The notes under the pieces: model-generated
The model's input: the letters and a program-made list of their open reading frames with translations, nothing else
Database searches by the model: none
Told to the model about the DNA's origin: nothing
Assembly (NCBI GenBank): GCA_030704615.1
Contig: CM060731.1
Span: forward strand, 38,936,001-39,000,000
Length of the DNA stretch: 64,000 bases
Origin: Takakia lepidozioides
Taxonomy: Eukaryota > Plantae > Bryophyta
Direction of reading: 5' to 3'
Part shown: piece after piece, positions 1 to 11,756 of the stretch
Layout of the letters: each line of letters begins with the position of its first letter
Numbering within the stretch: position 1 is the stretch's first letter
Translations under genes and position numbers: made by a program

Positions 1-1165
1 ACAGGATTCCAGGTTCGGATAAAGTACCCGAGACTAGAAAAGATCAGATACAGGTTCGGGACAGCCGCGGCGCCGCTCCGAACCTCACCACTATAGGACG
101 ACAATGGGCCCACACGATGATGCCAACGTGTCTGTTTTCTATTCATTGTGACCCCTAAGAAGTGCGATCATCATGTTCGAGGAGGCTGACGTGGAGGTCG
201 GCAGTGAAGTGAAGGAATCGTGGAGGGCATACCCCACATAAATAATCGAAATGCGGGCCAGTAACAACCAGTAGGGTGCCGCCATGTGACACTTCCCAGT
301 TCGCTGCATCTGCTTTGCCAACCAGTCCTTCATCTGGAGACGCGTGGCCTGATCTCAGGTGCGGTTCAGATACGAGCGTGCGGCAGCATGTGCCACGCGC
401 CAGCTCGTGACAGGCGTGCCGCCAGGTTCCATTTGCCACGTACCTTCGCCCATACCCAGACGCTATCCCTACCCGAATATATCTCTAGATTTTCTCCAAT
501 ATTCTACATTATGGCCCGACCTACACTTTTCTAAGTATTCTCTCCAGCCCTATTATTTGCTCTGCAATTGGAGACCCAAGCTCGGCAATAGTGATGACAC
601 CCACAAGTGAAGCCTACATAAGAAGTTATGCAGAGGTCTAGTGGACTAAGCTGGTGGTTGCATGTTTGAAGCCTGCATCTGACCACTGCTACTCTTAAGG
701 TTTGGTCTGCCATGGCACATCGCTGAAGAGCATTTTGGCCTCCTATTGTAAACTGCTGGTGTTTCAGGAGTCTACGAGTTACACATTAGAGAGAGAGAGA
801 GAGAGGAGAGGCCAGGCCATAGCCCGCGTAATTAAGAGTCTCTTCACCTTGTGGCTACTGCCCCCTTTTGGAGGTGGCCATGTTACACATTACAGTTTTG
901 GGGGACTGTGCAAGATGTAAACGGCATATGGTGTATTTTATTATACTGTAAGGCGTAAGGTTTGTTCCTGACTACCCTTGTTTGAAGGAAAGCTTCCGAT
1001 CAGTTTAGTGAAGTCTGTAGTGTCTTGATTGTTCTCAAGAGCTTGTCGTGTCACTTGTCTTGGATTTACTTTCTTGAGTTCTCTTTACTTCGATCTACAT
1101 TTCCCGGACATTTTTGTGAGTGTATCATACAACTTGTGATGCATTGGTATCGTGTGAGCAGGGTG

Positions 1166-1768
1166 GGGGGTTGGTATCGCGTGAGCACAAAAAAATCGCC
1201 GCGTGAGCAGAATCCACGGTTATGGGGTTAATATGTACATCAGCGGAAATACAAATAATAGGCGGACATAGGGACTTTACTGCGCTAATAGGCAATACAT
1301 CGAATCTGAATATAACTTAAACCTGAAGATCGGAATCCACATGCACCTGTCGGATAGTTCGAACCTCTAGCCAAGTTTCGCTTGCGAAACTCCAAGTTTC
1401 GTTGGCAAAAATACAAGTTTTGTTGGCAAAAACCATTTTCATTTCGCTGGCAAAACCTATTTTCTGGGTGGTGATTGGGGATGTTCTGAACACAATGTTA
1501 CCAAATGCCACATTGTTTATGTGCGTTGATCTTTGAGTTCTGGCAGATATATTTGTGTTTCATTGTGCTCACACGACGTAAGCTTTGGACGATTAATTTC
1601 ATGAATTTTTTCACGTGAGCACAGTTTTCAGATAGTTTCGTATTTCTTACCGCGTGAGCGCATTTGGGTTTCGCAATAGTATATTTGCAAGAATATTCTA
1701 GAATATGCGGAATAATTCTTTGTGCTCACGTCCGCTGGCGTGAGCCTGCTCACATGCTACCCAACCCC
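1166..1768. mobile_element. Putative MITE with imperfect terminal inverted repeats and internal CGTGAGCA motifs
   Basis: GGGGTTGGTATCGCGTGAGCA (1166-1186) versus TGCTCACATGCTACCCAACCCC (1747-1768) is an imperfect inverted match. Many GTGAGC/GCTCAC copies lie inside. No coding capacity; no clear TSD. Confidence 0.4.
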
Positions 1769-2679
1769 AGCAGGTTGTGAGCAGCACCGGAATGAACGGT
1801 TATAGTTGTTATATGTTTGTATATGGAAATACAAGTGACAAATGGACATAGGATACCCTTAAGAGTTCCATGGTCTATTAATATATTTTAAGAAGATTGG
1901 AAAACTTACTTAGAATTATTAACAAGAAGAAAGTTGGTCTCTCATCTCCCGAGCTACTTTCCCAACTTGTGACTTTGTCCATTTGCCGTTTCTGAAAGTT
2001 TGTCCCACCCTTAGTGATTCCATGTTAATTTTGACATAGTAACCCCGGATCCCTCAACCACCCAAAGCTCTATGCAAATCTTCACATTTCGCCTAAGAAA
2101 TGTTCAGGTTCTTCATCATGCCTTCGTCCTAACTTGATTCCAACTTTAGGTTCAAGGTGCTCCATTACCACTGGCTCTACGTCCAACCTACTTATGAATT
2201 CGCTATTATGCTCCTGACACCTTGAATTTGGTCGATTGACATGTTCAATGTAAACCTCATCACCCACCAATCAGTTCTCTCTCAGTCTTCCTGATTCTCA
2301 AGCTCTCTGATTCTTTTCAACTCTCCCCCCAACTCCCATTGCGTTTTTTCTTATTACTATGGGTCCTAATACCATGTGGCAGTCATTTTGGCCGTGGATC
2401 GTGACAGAATGCTAATGCCCAAGGGCCCTCTGGCAAGCTTCCACCGCCATTGGTTTCTTTCTCGCTCATCAGGAACAAACTATCGCAAGCACTAGCTCTG
2501 AGCACGTCAGAGCGCCTTCCATCTCTGCCATCTGGCATCTTCCAATCACATCCCATGGATCAACGACCTCCTCCCCTCAAGGTGGACTTGCTAGTAGTGA
2601 CCTCTCCCCAACGCGGTGAGGATGGCATGAAGGACTTGTTTCAGCTTTAAGATTCAATGTATAAGGACTTCCCCCTCAT

Positions 2680-4615
2680 TGCAATGGACATTCATGTTTA
2701 CATTGAATCCCCACAACTGCGGGTTGAATGTGAGAGCTTCAGCAGCTGTAGCTCTTCCTTGGGTTTCAAAGACAATTGAATAAAATCCCATTTCTTTGGC
2801 ATGGCAGAATTACTTGCGTAGCTCGCTAGGACCACCAAGATGACATATTGTCTAGCCTCTCATGTAAGCTCTATCAACTTTCTTTCTTGGGAAGTGAACC
2901 AGAAGTCCATTCTCCTCCATGCATGATACTCTTCTCCCGGATATTGCAAATCATTTTGGATTCTATTTGGGATGTCTTGCTATCTTTGACCCCATATGGG
3001 CACAACATTAGATTGGACACAGTGTGGAAATCTATCAACATAGCGTCCAGATTACATGAAACAGGGTGTGCAAAAATGGTCATCATGATGCGAGATGAGG
3101 CAGTGCTGCCCAAGTTTGTGAGACTCCCCATTGATGAAGATGACAACCACTACTCCATTCGGTCAATTGGAATTGTTGAGTTGCAAAGCTATAAGAAAGA
3201 CAACCAAAACAATGCATGAAATGTGAACGTCATATTATCGATAAACCTAATTATACAGACCTTAAAACTTTGGTCTTCTGTGAGATATTAGTGGATGCTC
3301 AAAGAAATTCTTTCTCTTTATTTATACTTCCCCGCTATGCAGATCACAGCCCTCTTGGCAAAATGGATCCCCAGAGCATTGGCTCATCGCCACAGTCCCT
3401 GGAGCAAGTTAATTCAACCATATCTGATGGGTGCCCAGCCCTCTTCATCACCACTATGGGCACATTCATTGCGATGGATTGTCCAAGGGAAAATGCCAAT
3501 GTGGGGCTAGGATATTCCAGCCCCTGGCAATCTGTTTGGGCAGCATGGCAAGCAATCAGGCCCTTCCTTACCCAGAGGATTCCTTCCAATTTTGCTGAAT
3601 GCTTCCGCCAGCCTCTATTTGGGAATTATAACATGGAGTGCTGTTGTAGCAAAAACCTAAGTGGGCTTTTTTGGGAGTACTGTGGCTTTACACACATGGG
3701 CAGCATTTGGGAGAACGACAACTTCTTGCCAGAGCCATTGGTGAACTTACTGGTGGGCCCTAGGCGTGCTAAGGCTTGGCCTTCCCTGCTGGCTGAAGTG
3801 CCTCAATACATGGTCCTTTTGCTACAGAGGGAGGCCACACATGGAAGCTGCCAGCTTGGTTGGCTTCTACACACAATGGTGGGAACACGGTGATCCTGGC
3901 CCTTGCTCTGGATGACAACTTGGATGCCCTATAATATGACCCCATGGAGTGGAGCTGGATGGACAAACACCACTCCCCTTCTTCGCCTATTCTGTGAAGA
4001 TGGGCTACTCACTGCCGAAACCCACCAAATCATTCATGTTCAAGTGGAAATCAAAATGGGTTCACCTAAATCTGACCCAAAACGATTGGAATAAGGTGTG
4101 GAAAGACATCTGGAGAAAACCAAGGGCTGCAAAAATATCCGGTTTTTTATGGAAGCTGGCTCATAGAATTTTGCCTGTCAACTTGGCTACGCAGCTCAAC
4201 AACTCCTTATGCGCTTCATATCTGTTCCAGCCATAATCTATTGAGCAATGTCTGGCAGAATGTCAACTGCCTGCCAAGGTTTGGAGAGCAGTCTTAAATT
4301 TTTACTCTAACTGGGACTCGCTCCCTTCCCCTCCTCCTTCTTCATTGCTTCTCTTGAATTGGCTGCCTGCTGGTTCTCAAGTTTCATGTCATGTATGGGC
4401 AACTCTGAGGGCTCTCACTTTGTGGAACTTTTGGAAAGCTAGGTGCACCTTTATGTATGAGAGAAAGCCCCCCTAAATATTGTTTTGTATTTACATGCTT
4501 ACTGAGGGAAGAAAAACGTGGGGAATCATGTCTGCAGCTGTTTCCAGAACTTCTGAACAACACGGGCGCAAGCTCCTCAATCGTTTGCAGTCCTGGGGCA
4601 AAGACGACACTCTCG
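2680..4615 (+). mobile_element. Degenerate L1-clade LINE (ORF1 pieces, one inverted, plus 3' end of ORF2)
   Basis: 2930-3170 (IASRLHETGCAKMVIMMRDE..LPIDEDDNHY) matches the ORF1-like sequence at 21330-21570. 2680-2925 matches 21028-21235 on the opposite strand. 4085-4470 encodes zf-RVT-like WNKVWKDIWRKPRAAKISGFLWKLAHRILP and LWNFWKARC. Confidence 0.6.
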
Positions 4616-4619
4616 GCAC

Positions 4620-5821
4620 CTTATGTCAAGACATGCACCACATGCCAACAAAACCGGAGCGAGTACAAAAAACAAGCGGGGCTGTTACAACCCTTGCCGA
4701 TTCCAGAGGGGTCTTGGGAAAGTGTCTCGCTGGACTTCATGACTGCTATGCCGCTGTCAAAAGGATTCGATGCAATCATGGTGGTGGTGGATAGGTTCAG
4801 TAAAATGGGCCATTTCATCCCTACCAAGGAGACGGCAACGGTGCAGGAGACGGGGTGACTTTACTTTCGCCCACGTCTTCAAGCATCATGGACTCCCGAA
4901 GGATATTGTCTCAGACCGCGAGTTTACTAGTAAATTTTGGAGGGTACTTTGGAAGTAAATGGGGACCAGGCTCAAAATGAGCACCGCCTTCCGACCTACG
5001 ATGGACGGCCAAACGGAAAGGGTGAATTCCGTGGTGAAGCAGATATTGCGGAATAAAAAGTCGGCGGATCAATCGGACTGGGTGGAGCACTTGGATGTGG
5101 CAGAGTTCTGTTATAATAACACAAAACACTCCGCAACGGGAGTCTCCCCTTTCGTTTTGGTCTATGGAAAAGCACCTCTGGTGCCGACAAGTTGGGCCGC
5201 CCAAGACGCTGAGGAACCGGCAACAGCGGCAGTGCTGGAAGAATGCGAGCGTTTGTTGAAGCTCGCAAAGTACAACATTGTCAAAGCTAGGAAACGGTAT
5301 AAACGACAGACGAATTGGAAGCGGAGGGAGGTTAAGTTTGAGGCAGGCACGAAGGTCTGGTTGAACATCAAGAATTTTCGACTATCTCCGGAAGTGAGTC
5401 TGAAGTTCGTACCTCCGTATGCGGGACCCTTTCGCATCCGGAAGGTTATGAATGAAGATGTGTATGAATTGGAGCTGCCGGCAACAAGGTACATCCGGTA
5501 TTCCACGTCTCCCTTTTGAAGCCTTACTTTAAAGATGAAGCGCATCCGAATCGGCATCAAGTGTTGCGTCCGCCACCTGTGCTGTTGGATCATGAAAATG
5601 AACCTGAGTACGAGGTGGAGGCAATGCTTAAGTCGAGGAGGTTCAAGAATCGAGAAACGGAGTATCTCGTGAAATGGAAGGGCTATCATCATGTGGAGGC
5701 AACTTGGGTGCGTGCCTCAGAAATGAGAAACGCATCCGAGGCGGTTACAGCTTTCGAAGGGCGACCTCAAAAGCGGAAGAAGCGTTGATGGGGACATCAA
5801 CCTTGGATCGTGGGGGAGGAA
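4620..5821 (+). mobile_element. Ty3/gypsy chromovirus remnant: integrase plus chromodomain, followed by PPT
   Basis: YVKTCTTCQQNR, SLDFMTAMP..IMVVVDRFSK, IVSDR, TDGQTERVN-like and GPF motifs, then chromodomain EYEVEAML..EYLVKWKGY..EATW. Broken by stops and frameshifts. Purine tract GGGGGAGGAAA at ~5812-5822. Confidence 0.9.
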
Positions 5822-7019
5822 ATGCATGCTTAGCCCGGCTTAGCTAGCTCAGGAATCCGATTGCAAAAACTTGTATTGTACAAATTTTGTTATAAATGAA
5901 ATGGTTTCCAAATGTTGTGCGTCCTATTTTGTTTGGAATCGTGATGCATGGTATGGTTGGCTAGTGTGTAGAATGCATGCTAAGCTTACAAAGTGAGAGA
6001 GGTAAATTGGATTAATCGTGTGTTTGTGTAGTACCGAAATCGGGTGACTCCCACCCAAGGGGCAAGGAAACTTGCACCTTCGTTGGGAGTTCACGTGCTA
6101 GTGCGTACCTGGCGCGTGCGCGTACTATAACTGCGCTACCGAGGGGGTTGCCTTGTAGTGTCGGCTAACGCGGAAGCTACGTGCTTCCGTTCACGTACTA
6201 TAATCGTGTAGCATCGGGACGAAGTCACTAGAAGCATTCGTGTCTTTTCCGAATCGACTGCATGTCCAAAACCATTGAGGGAACAACTTTGAGATGTTTG
6301 TTACTACTGCACAGTCGTAACGGATAAATTCACATTTCTAATGGCGGATAGAAGTTGCATCAATGACTCCGCAGTCGGCACAATATTCGCGGCGATTTAA
6401 TTCAATTACGTATATTGTTTTTTTTTTTAAAACAGCAATTACAAGTGGTTTTAAGCACTAGAGAACGACTCTTAACAACTAGGCATTCATTGCACACCCT
6501 ATTCAAAAATGGAATTTTTATAAGTGCTCCACATGGCTCATGACGTGGAATATTTTAATGTATTTTAGGGCTTGTGTGGCTCATAGAGATTGTTCTAATC
6601 GTCGGATGTAAAATGATCTAAGGGTGGAAGAGTAACTTTGTCCTTTGCCTGAATTTCTCTAAGTGTTGGGAGAGGGATGGAGTCTTGAGAGAGAGACGAA
6701 CAAGTGATGCGAGAAGGACGAAGACCAAATCGAGGCCCATGTCCTGTTGTTGCAAGCGTTTATGGCGTCAAGAGCGCATTATGTGCAAATGTGGGCTCTT
6801 GGCTCCCCTTTGTACCATGATTTGGTATTCTTCTTGATGATCACAAGGTTCTTGGGGGAATCAGCTTGGTCTTAACAACCCATATTTTAATCTTTGCCCG
6901 CTCAGCTGCACCGTGGTGGTTCTTACGAACCAATCCCACATTACCTGACTAGAGATACAAACAGCACGTACAAGAGATCTTCTTGGGTTCATGGTCAGTC
7001 TAATCCGCAATGGGTCATG

Positions 7020-7950
7020 ACACAAGGTAGAGGACAATGTGGTGAGGGCACCTTCTTCTTCGAGCTATTTCAGCCTGTTTTGCCGAGATGTAGTGTCGTG
7101 GAGTGCGATGCTTGCATGGTATGCACAGCAGGGACGTAGGATGGAGGCTTTGGAGACCTATGAAGTTGCGAAGGGAGAGTTTGATAACATGGCTGAACAA
7201 GATGTTGTCTCAAGGAACACGCTGAATCTCGCAAGATATGGCCAGTATGTGTGCGGGATGAGGGCATTGGAGACATATGAGCAAATGTTGAGAAGAGGTG
7301 CAGCCTGACCGGGTCACGTTCATTTGTGTTTGCAATGCATGTGCAAACCTGGCAGCCCTGGAGACTTGGTAAAGGGAAAAGAGGTCCATCATGACATTGT
7401 CAAAGCTGGAAATGTACCAGATGTAACAATACCTCGTCGACATGTATGCCAAACGTGGGAGCATTCCCTTGTGGACAAGGAGTGTTTAACAATATGGCTG
7501 AGCGAAATGTGGTGTGGTGGAACGTGATGATCGCAGGACATGCACAACATGGGCGGGGATTGCGGGTTTTGGAGACCTATGAGCAAATGATGTGGGTCTA
7601 GGGGGTGAAGCCCGAGCACATTACGTTTGTTTGTGTTTGTAGTGCATGTGCGAGCCTGTTGGAGAAGGGCAAAGAGGTCCATGGTTGCATCGTCAAAGCT
7701 GGAATTGTGGTAGATGTCATTCTGAACATGAATACCCTTCTAGATAGGGAGTGTTCAACAATATGGCTGAGCGAAATGTGGTATCGTGGAAAGTGATGAT
7801 CGCAGGACATGCACAACAGGGGCGGGGATTGCAAGTTTTGGAGACCTATGAGCAGTTGATGTGGGAGGGGGTGAAGTCCGACCACATTACGTTCAGAGAG
7901 TTCAAATGCCTCTCCACCATGACCTTGCTTAGCTAACCATGCCTTGCTGA
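7020..7950 (+). pseudogene. Degenerate PLS-class PPR gene fragment
   Basis: RDVVSWSAMLAWYAQQG..EALETYE, VKPEHITFVCVCSACASLLEKGKEVHGCIVKAG, FNNMAERNVVSW; many frameshifts and stops; short inverted PPR piece near 7890-7945. Confidence 0.8.
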
Positions 7951-7999
7951 TGTTGTTGTCTTGCACTTGAGCTGTTTTTGGACACTGGCTGGAACATCC

Positions 8000-9900
8000 A
8001 CAAGGCGGCTCTGCTCGAGAGAGAAATCAGCTTGAATGCAGGGGCAGATTTTGAGATCACAATCGCCACTCAGAACGTTGTTCTTTGCACCGGCATGGCA
8101 TGTCAGCATGCATATCAGCCCAAACTCATTACTCCGTGAGCCTTCCACTGCCGGAGTGTGCCCATTCAAGCCAGATCTTCGAAACGCAGGGATGGAACAG
8201 GGTTTTGAAACCAGCATTGCCTAACTGGATACCCAATTCAGCTCCGCATCTTGGTCCATTAATCTGCTGCACATTGTGAAGTTTTCTGCCCGTTCACCGC
8301 AAGTTGAAGAAGGAGTATTCTTAAAACACGGGTACTCATAATCTGAAAATGGCTCCAGCTTATGTTGCTTGAGTGCGAATATGAGTGTGGTTGGCTTGGC
8401 AGCTTTACATCTGGTCCATCCCACTCGATATGATGAGCAGGTTCAGCTTGACTTCTCTCACACAAAAAACGCTGCCAAGATGGGGTTTGCTGCCCTAGAT
8501 GACTTCCCGTCGTTGTTCTGGGCTGCAACATACAATTAATCTGGCCCATGGCGAGGGGCCTTGCCTTCCACCAATCATCTGTAAGTCCTGTGAAACTGTT
8601 TTTGTGGCAGTTTGTAAGCAGTGGGCAGCGATGGTGGGCTGTTGTAGGATTTGATGAACTCAATGTCGTGTATTGACAACAACCCCTCATCTCTTATGCA
8701 AGCATTCAACAAGCCAAGTTGACTACATAGCATATTCAGCCCCCCACGTTTCTAGTTGCCTAATGTTCTTCATCTCCTGGGCAGAGCATTTTCCAGGGTC
8801 TCCATCTGTGATGAGACACTATCTTCTCATGTGGTTCAGCTTCTGGTCTTGCTCTTGTTTGCACCACCCCAATGAAGGGCAGTTCCCACCTGCTTGATTC
8901 TCTCTATATGGTTGTCTTGGGTCTTGGCAGGGTTTCCCACAACCGCCTTTCCTTTTTCAGACTGCCAGTCATCAGCCTCGTTCTCCAATGCTTCACTTTC
9001 TTCACCCTCAGATTTGACAAGGTATTGCTGCCCTTCCTTGTGTCTTTCCTCACTCCCAGCTGCTGGTTTTATCCCAGATTCACCTCTCATCCTTGCCTGG
9101 GGTTTTGCTTGCCAAACAGCCCTTGTGTGGGGAACTTCAACGAAAGGCAACATCTCATTCTCAGCTCCTGTCTTTGTACCTCTTTGCAGCAGTCCAACCT
9201 CGGGTGCCTCACTTTCTGATTGCTGGGTTGCATTCTTCGCCGCCAACCTTTGACAAGAAAGTGTGCTCCATCTTCCTCATCTCCTACTGGTTCCCTTGAT
9301 GCTTCACCTCGTATGTCTTCCTCCTCATGTTTTAGCAGCAGCTCCCATGCTTGAATTGCTACTTTTCCTCGTAGTTGATCTTGTGCTTTCCTTTTTCTCC
9401 GTAGCCTAATCAACAGTTTTGTCTTGGCAGCTTCCTTGCCATGAGTGCCTTGTCTCACTGCATCTCCTTTGGCTGCCCACCATCCGTGGAGTCTTTCTTG
9501 CACTATTCTGACCCTCGTTGGCATGCACTTTGCTGCGATGCCCCACATGTATTTGCTGCTCCCTTTAATCATCAACATAGTGCTCCAGTGCCAGTTCCTC
9601 ATTGTTGACCAGTTGACCTTCTCAGCCCTTGGACCCCATTTTCCCTTCTCCCATGTTGCCTCGTCTTTCTGCTTCATCGTTTGCTTTACTTGCACGATGT
9701 TGCTTCTTCCCTACAGCTCATCATGTGTTGTGGCTCTTTCCCATGTTGCACTCACTCCCATCATACGTTGTGCAGTTGATAAGACTGAGATGAGTTGATG
9801 CAGGATAGGGGGAGGGCTTGCTGGTGTATGTTGTCTGATAGGCCCTATGCACAGAGTCAAAGCTGGAAGTCAGCCTTGCAAGGACCCAAGTGAGAGAAGT
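8000..9900 (-). mobile_element. Probable degenerate L1 fragment (ORF1 tail and start of endonuclease)
   Basis: K/E-rich broken frames 8800-9700, then a degraded (W)NVGGLN endonuclease-start-like motif near 8740-8770 on the minus strand. Confidence 0.3.
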
Positions 9901-10074
9901 CTAGTGGGGGTAGCATCTTGGGGGATGGCAGTTAGGGCAATGTGTGTCTAGGGCAATATATGTCATAGCAGCGGGTGATGTGCTGCCAATTTTGAGGATA
10001 GAGACAGCCTGTAAGCTGTAGATTTGTATAAGTGATTTCTTCTGACACATATTGCTCCCAGTTTGCCACAACCA

Positions 10075-10222
10075 GTTGTTTGCGTTTTTAGTGCATGTGC
10101 AAGCCTGCTGGGGAAGGGCAAAGAGGTCCATGGTTGCATCGTCAAAGCTGGAATTGTGGCAGATGTCATTATGAACAATACCCTTGTGGACAGGGAGTGT
10201 TCAACAATATGGCTGAGCGAAG
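10075..10222 (+). pseudogene. Second copy of PPR fragment
   Basis: Near-identical to 7628-7775 (GTGCATG..GAAGGGCAAAGAGGTCCATGGTTGCATCGTCAAAGCTGG..ATGGCTGAGCGAA). Confidence 0.75.
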
Positions 10223-10242
10223 GATAGAGTGTAATGACTGCT

Positions 10243-11318
10243 AATGAAGGCACCTTCTTCAATTTCACCTTGTTTTCCCCTCTTATCAGAATCGCCCCTA
10301 ATTATTCATGTCTGAATTCTGCAAGTTAGCTGGTTGAGTGAAGCTTTGATAGTTTGGAGTGACTTTGACATGATTCTGCCAATGTGACAACAGGAAAGTA
10401 TCAGAAACAGGTAACACAAACGAGGAGAAGTTGTGGAATGAATATTTTTCTGACCCCAGTCAATGGTGGGACAATCGAGGCAAGAAGGTGAATGTTTGTT
10501 GGATTATAGAGAGTAGCAGATGCAATTGAGCGTAGGAACTAGTGTGATAAGTTGAGTTGGGTGCTTCCTAGAACAAGTCTAGGCTGTCATCGTCAACTGC
10601 TAGCAACAAGGCAAGGTTGTATGCATGATTCGTGCGAGGCATGGATAGTTGAAGGAGCAAGGATAGAGTGTGGGTGCAGATTCACCCAAGAGGGCCAGAC
10701 TTCAAGCTCCAGATTAACTATGAAGCTACAAGAAACCTGCATGGGTAGATGGTCAACTGGCAGCAACGGCACAATTGATAAAATCAGACATTGTTAATGA
10801 AGGCATCTTCTTCAGCACATTTCACCCTGTTTTTCCCTCTTATTAGAATCGGTCCAAAATTTCCATGTTGAATTATGTAAGTTAACTGGTTGAGTGAATC
10901 TAGTTTGGAGTGACTTTTACATGATACTGCTGTGTGACAACAAGAAAGTATCAAAAACAAGTAACAGACATGAGGAGAAGCTGTGGAATGAATATTTTTT
11001 TGCCCCCAGTCAATGATGGGACAACCGAGGCAAAAAGGTGAATGCCTGCTACATTTCAGAGAGTAGCAGACGCAATTGAGCATAGAAACTAGTGTGATAA
11101 GCTGAGTTGGGTGTTTCCTAGAACAAATGTAGGTTGTCATTGTCAGCTACTAGCAGCAAGGCAAAGATGAATGCATGATTTGTGTAGGGGCATGGATAGC
11201 TGAAGGAGCAGGGATAGAGTGTGGTCCAGATTCATCCTAGAGGACCAAATTTCAAGCACAAGATTTACCTATGATTCCCTGTGGATCAATAACTACAAGA
11301 ACCTCCATGGGTAGATGG
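10243..11318 (+). pseudogene. Two tandem ~550 bp units, each with a spliced OSB-type PDF motif
   Basis: Units start TAATGAAGGCA at ~10243 and ~10795. Exon 10394-10487 reads EEKLWNEYFSDPSQWWDNRGKK, then a GT..AG intron, then exon from 10680 IHPRGPDFK. Copy 2 exon ends 11037 (W to TGA); its next exon from 11230 reads IHPRGPNFKHKI-TYDSLWINNYKN-PWVDG with frameshifts. Confidence 0.7.
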
Positions 11319-11319
11319 T

Positions 11320-11545
11320 CTATTCCGTGGAACTCGCTGAAGTCTTGCATTATGAGGATCAGAACTGCTTGACTTGCACGAGGCCTTGACCCTTAGTCAA
11401 TCCCCAGAGCAGCAGTAGCTTTTGGGCTGCTTTTTTACTTTGTGTTTTTCATTTTGTCCCATAAGCTCTTTGAGCTTTCCGCAGATGTAATAAAGTAACA
11501 TTTTGTTTCATTTCATTCATTTTCATTTCATTTTGTTTCATGGCA
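11320..11545 (+). mobile_element. 3' end of RTE-like non-LTR family A with (CATTT)n tail
   Basis: TTTTGTCCCATAAGCTCTTTGAGCTTTCCGC followed by TTTCATTTCATT repeats; same end on the minus strand at ~39112 and ~55477. Confidence 0.75.
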
Positions 11546-11756
11546 TGTCTTTCATCGTTTGTGCATTTGTAATGCATGATTAGTTCTCTTGTATGGCATT
11601 ACTAGTCGACTCACTACAAACACCAAAACTCCAAAGCATGAATCACTATAAATGATTGTTCAAGTAATTTTGAGCACTTCATGTAAAGTAGTAAAGCAGT
11701 GGTTGCGCCAACTTCCGCAGTCGCAATTGCCACTGGGCATGTAGCACTGCAAGTTA

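Noticed and set aside
1-560. GC-rich, ACGTG-rich stretch resembling an LTR, with short ORFs
   Set aside because: No partner repeat, termini or protein motif visible in the window, so it cannot be supported.
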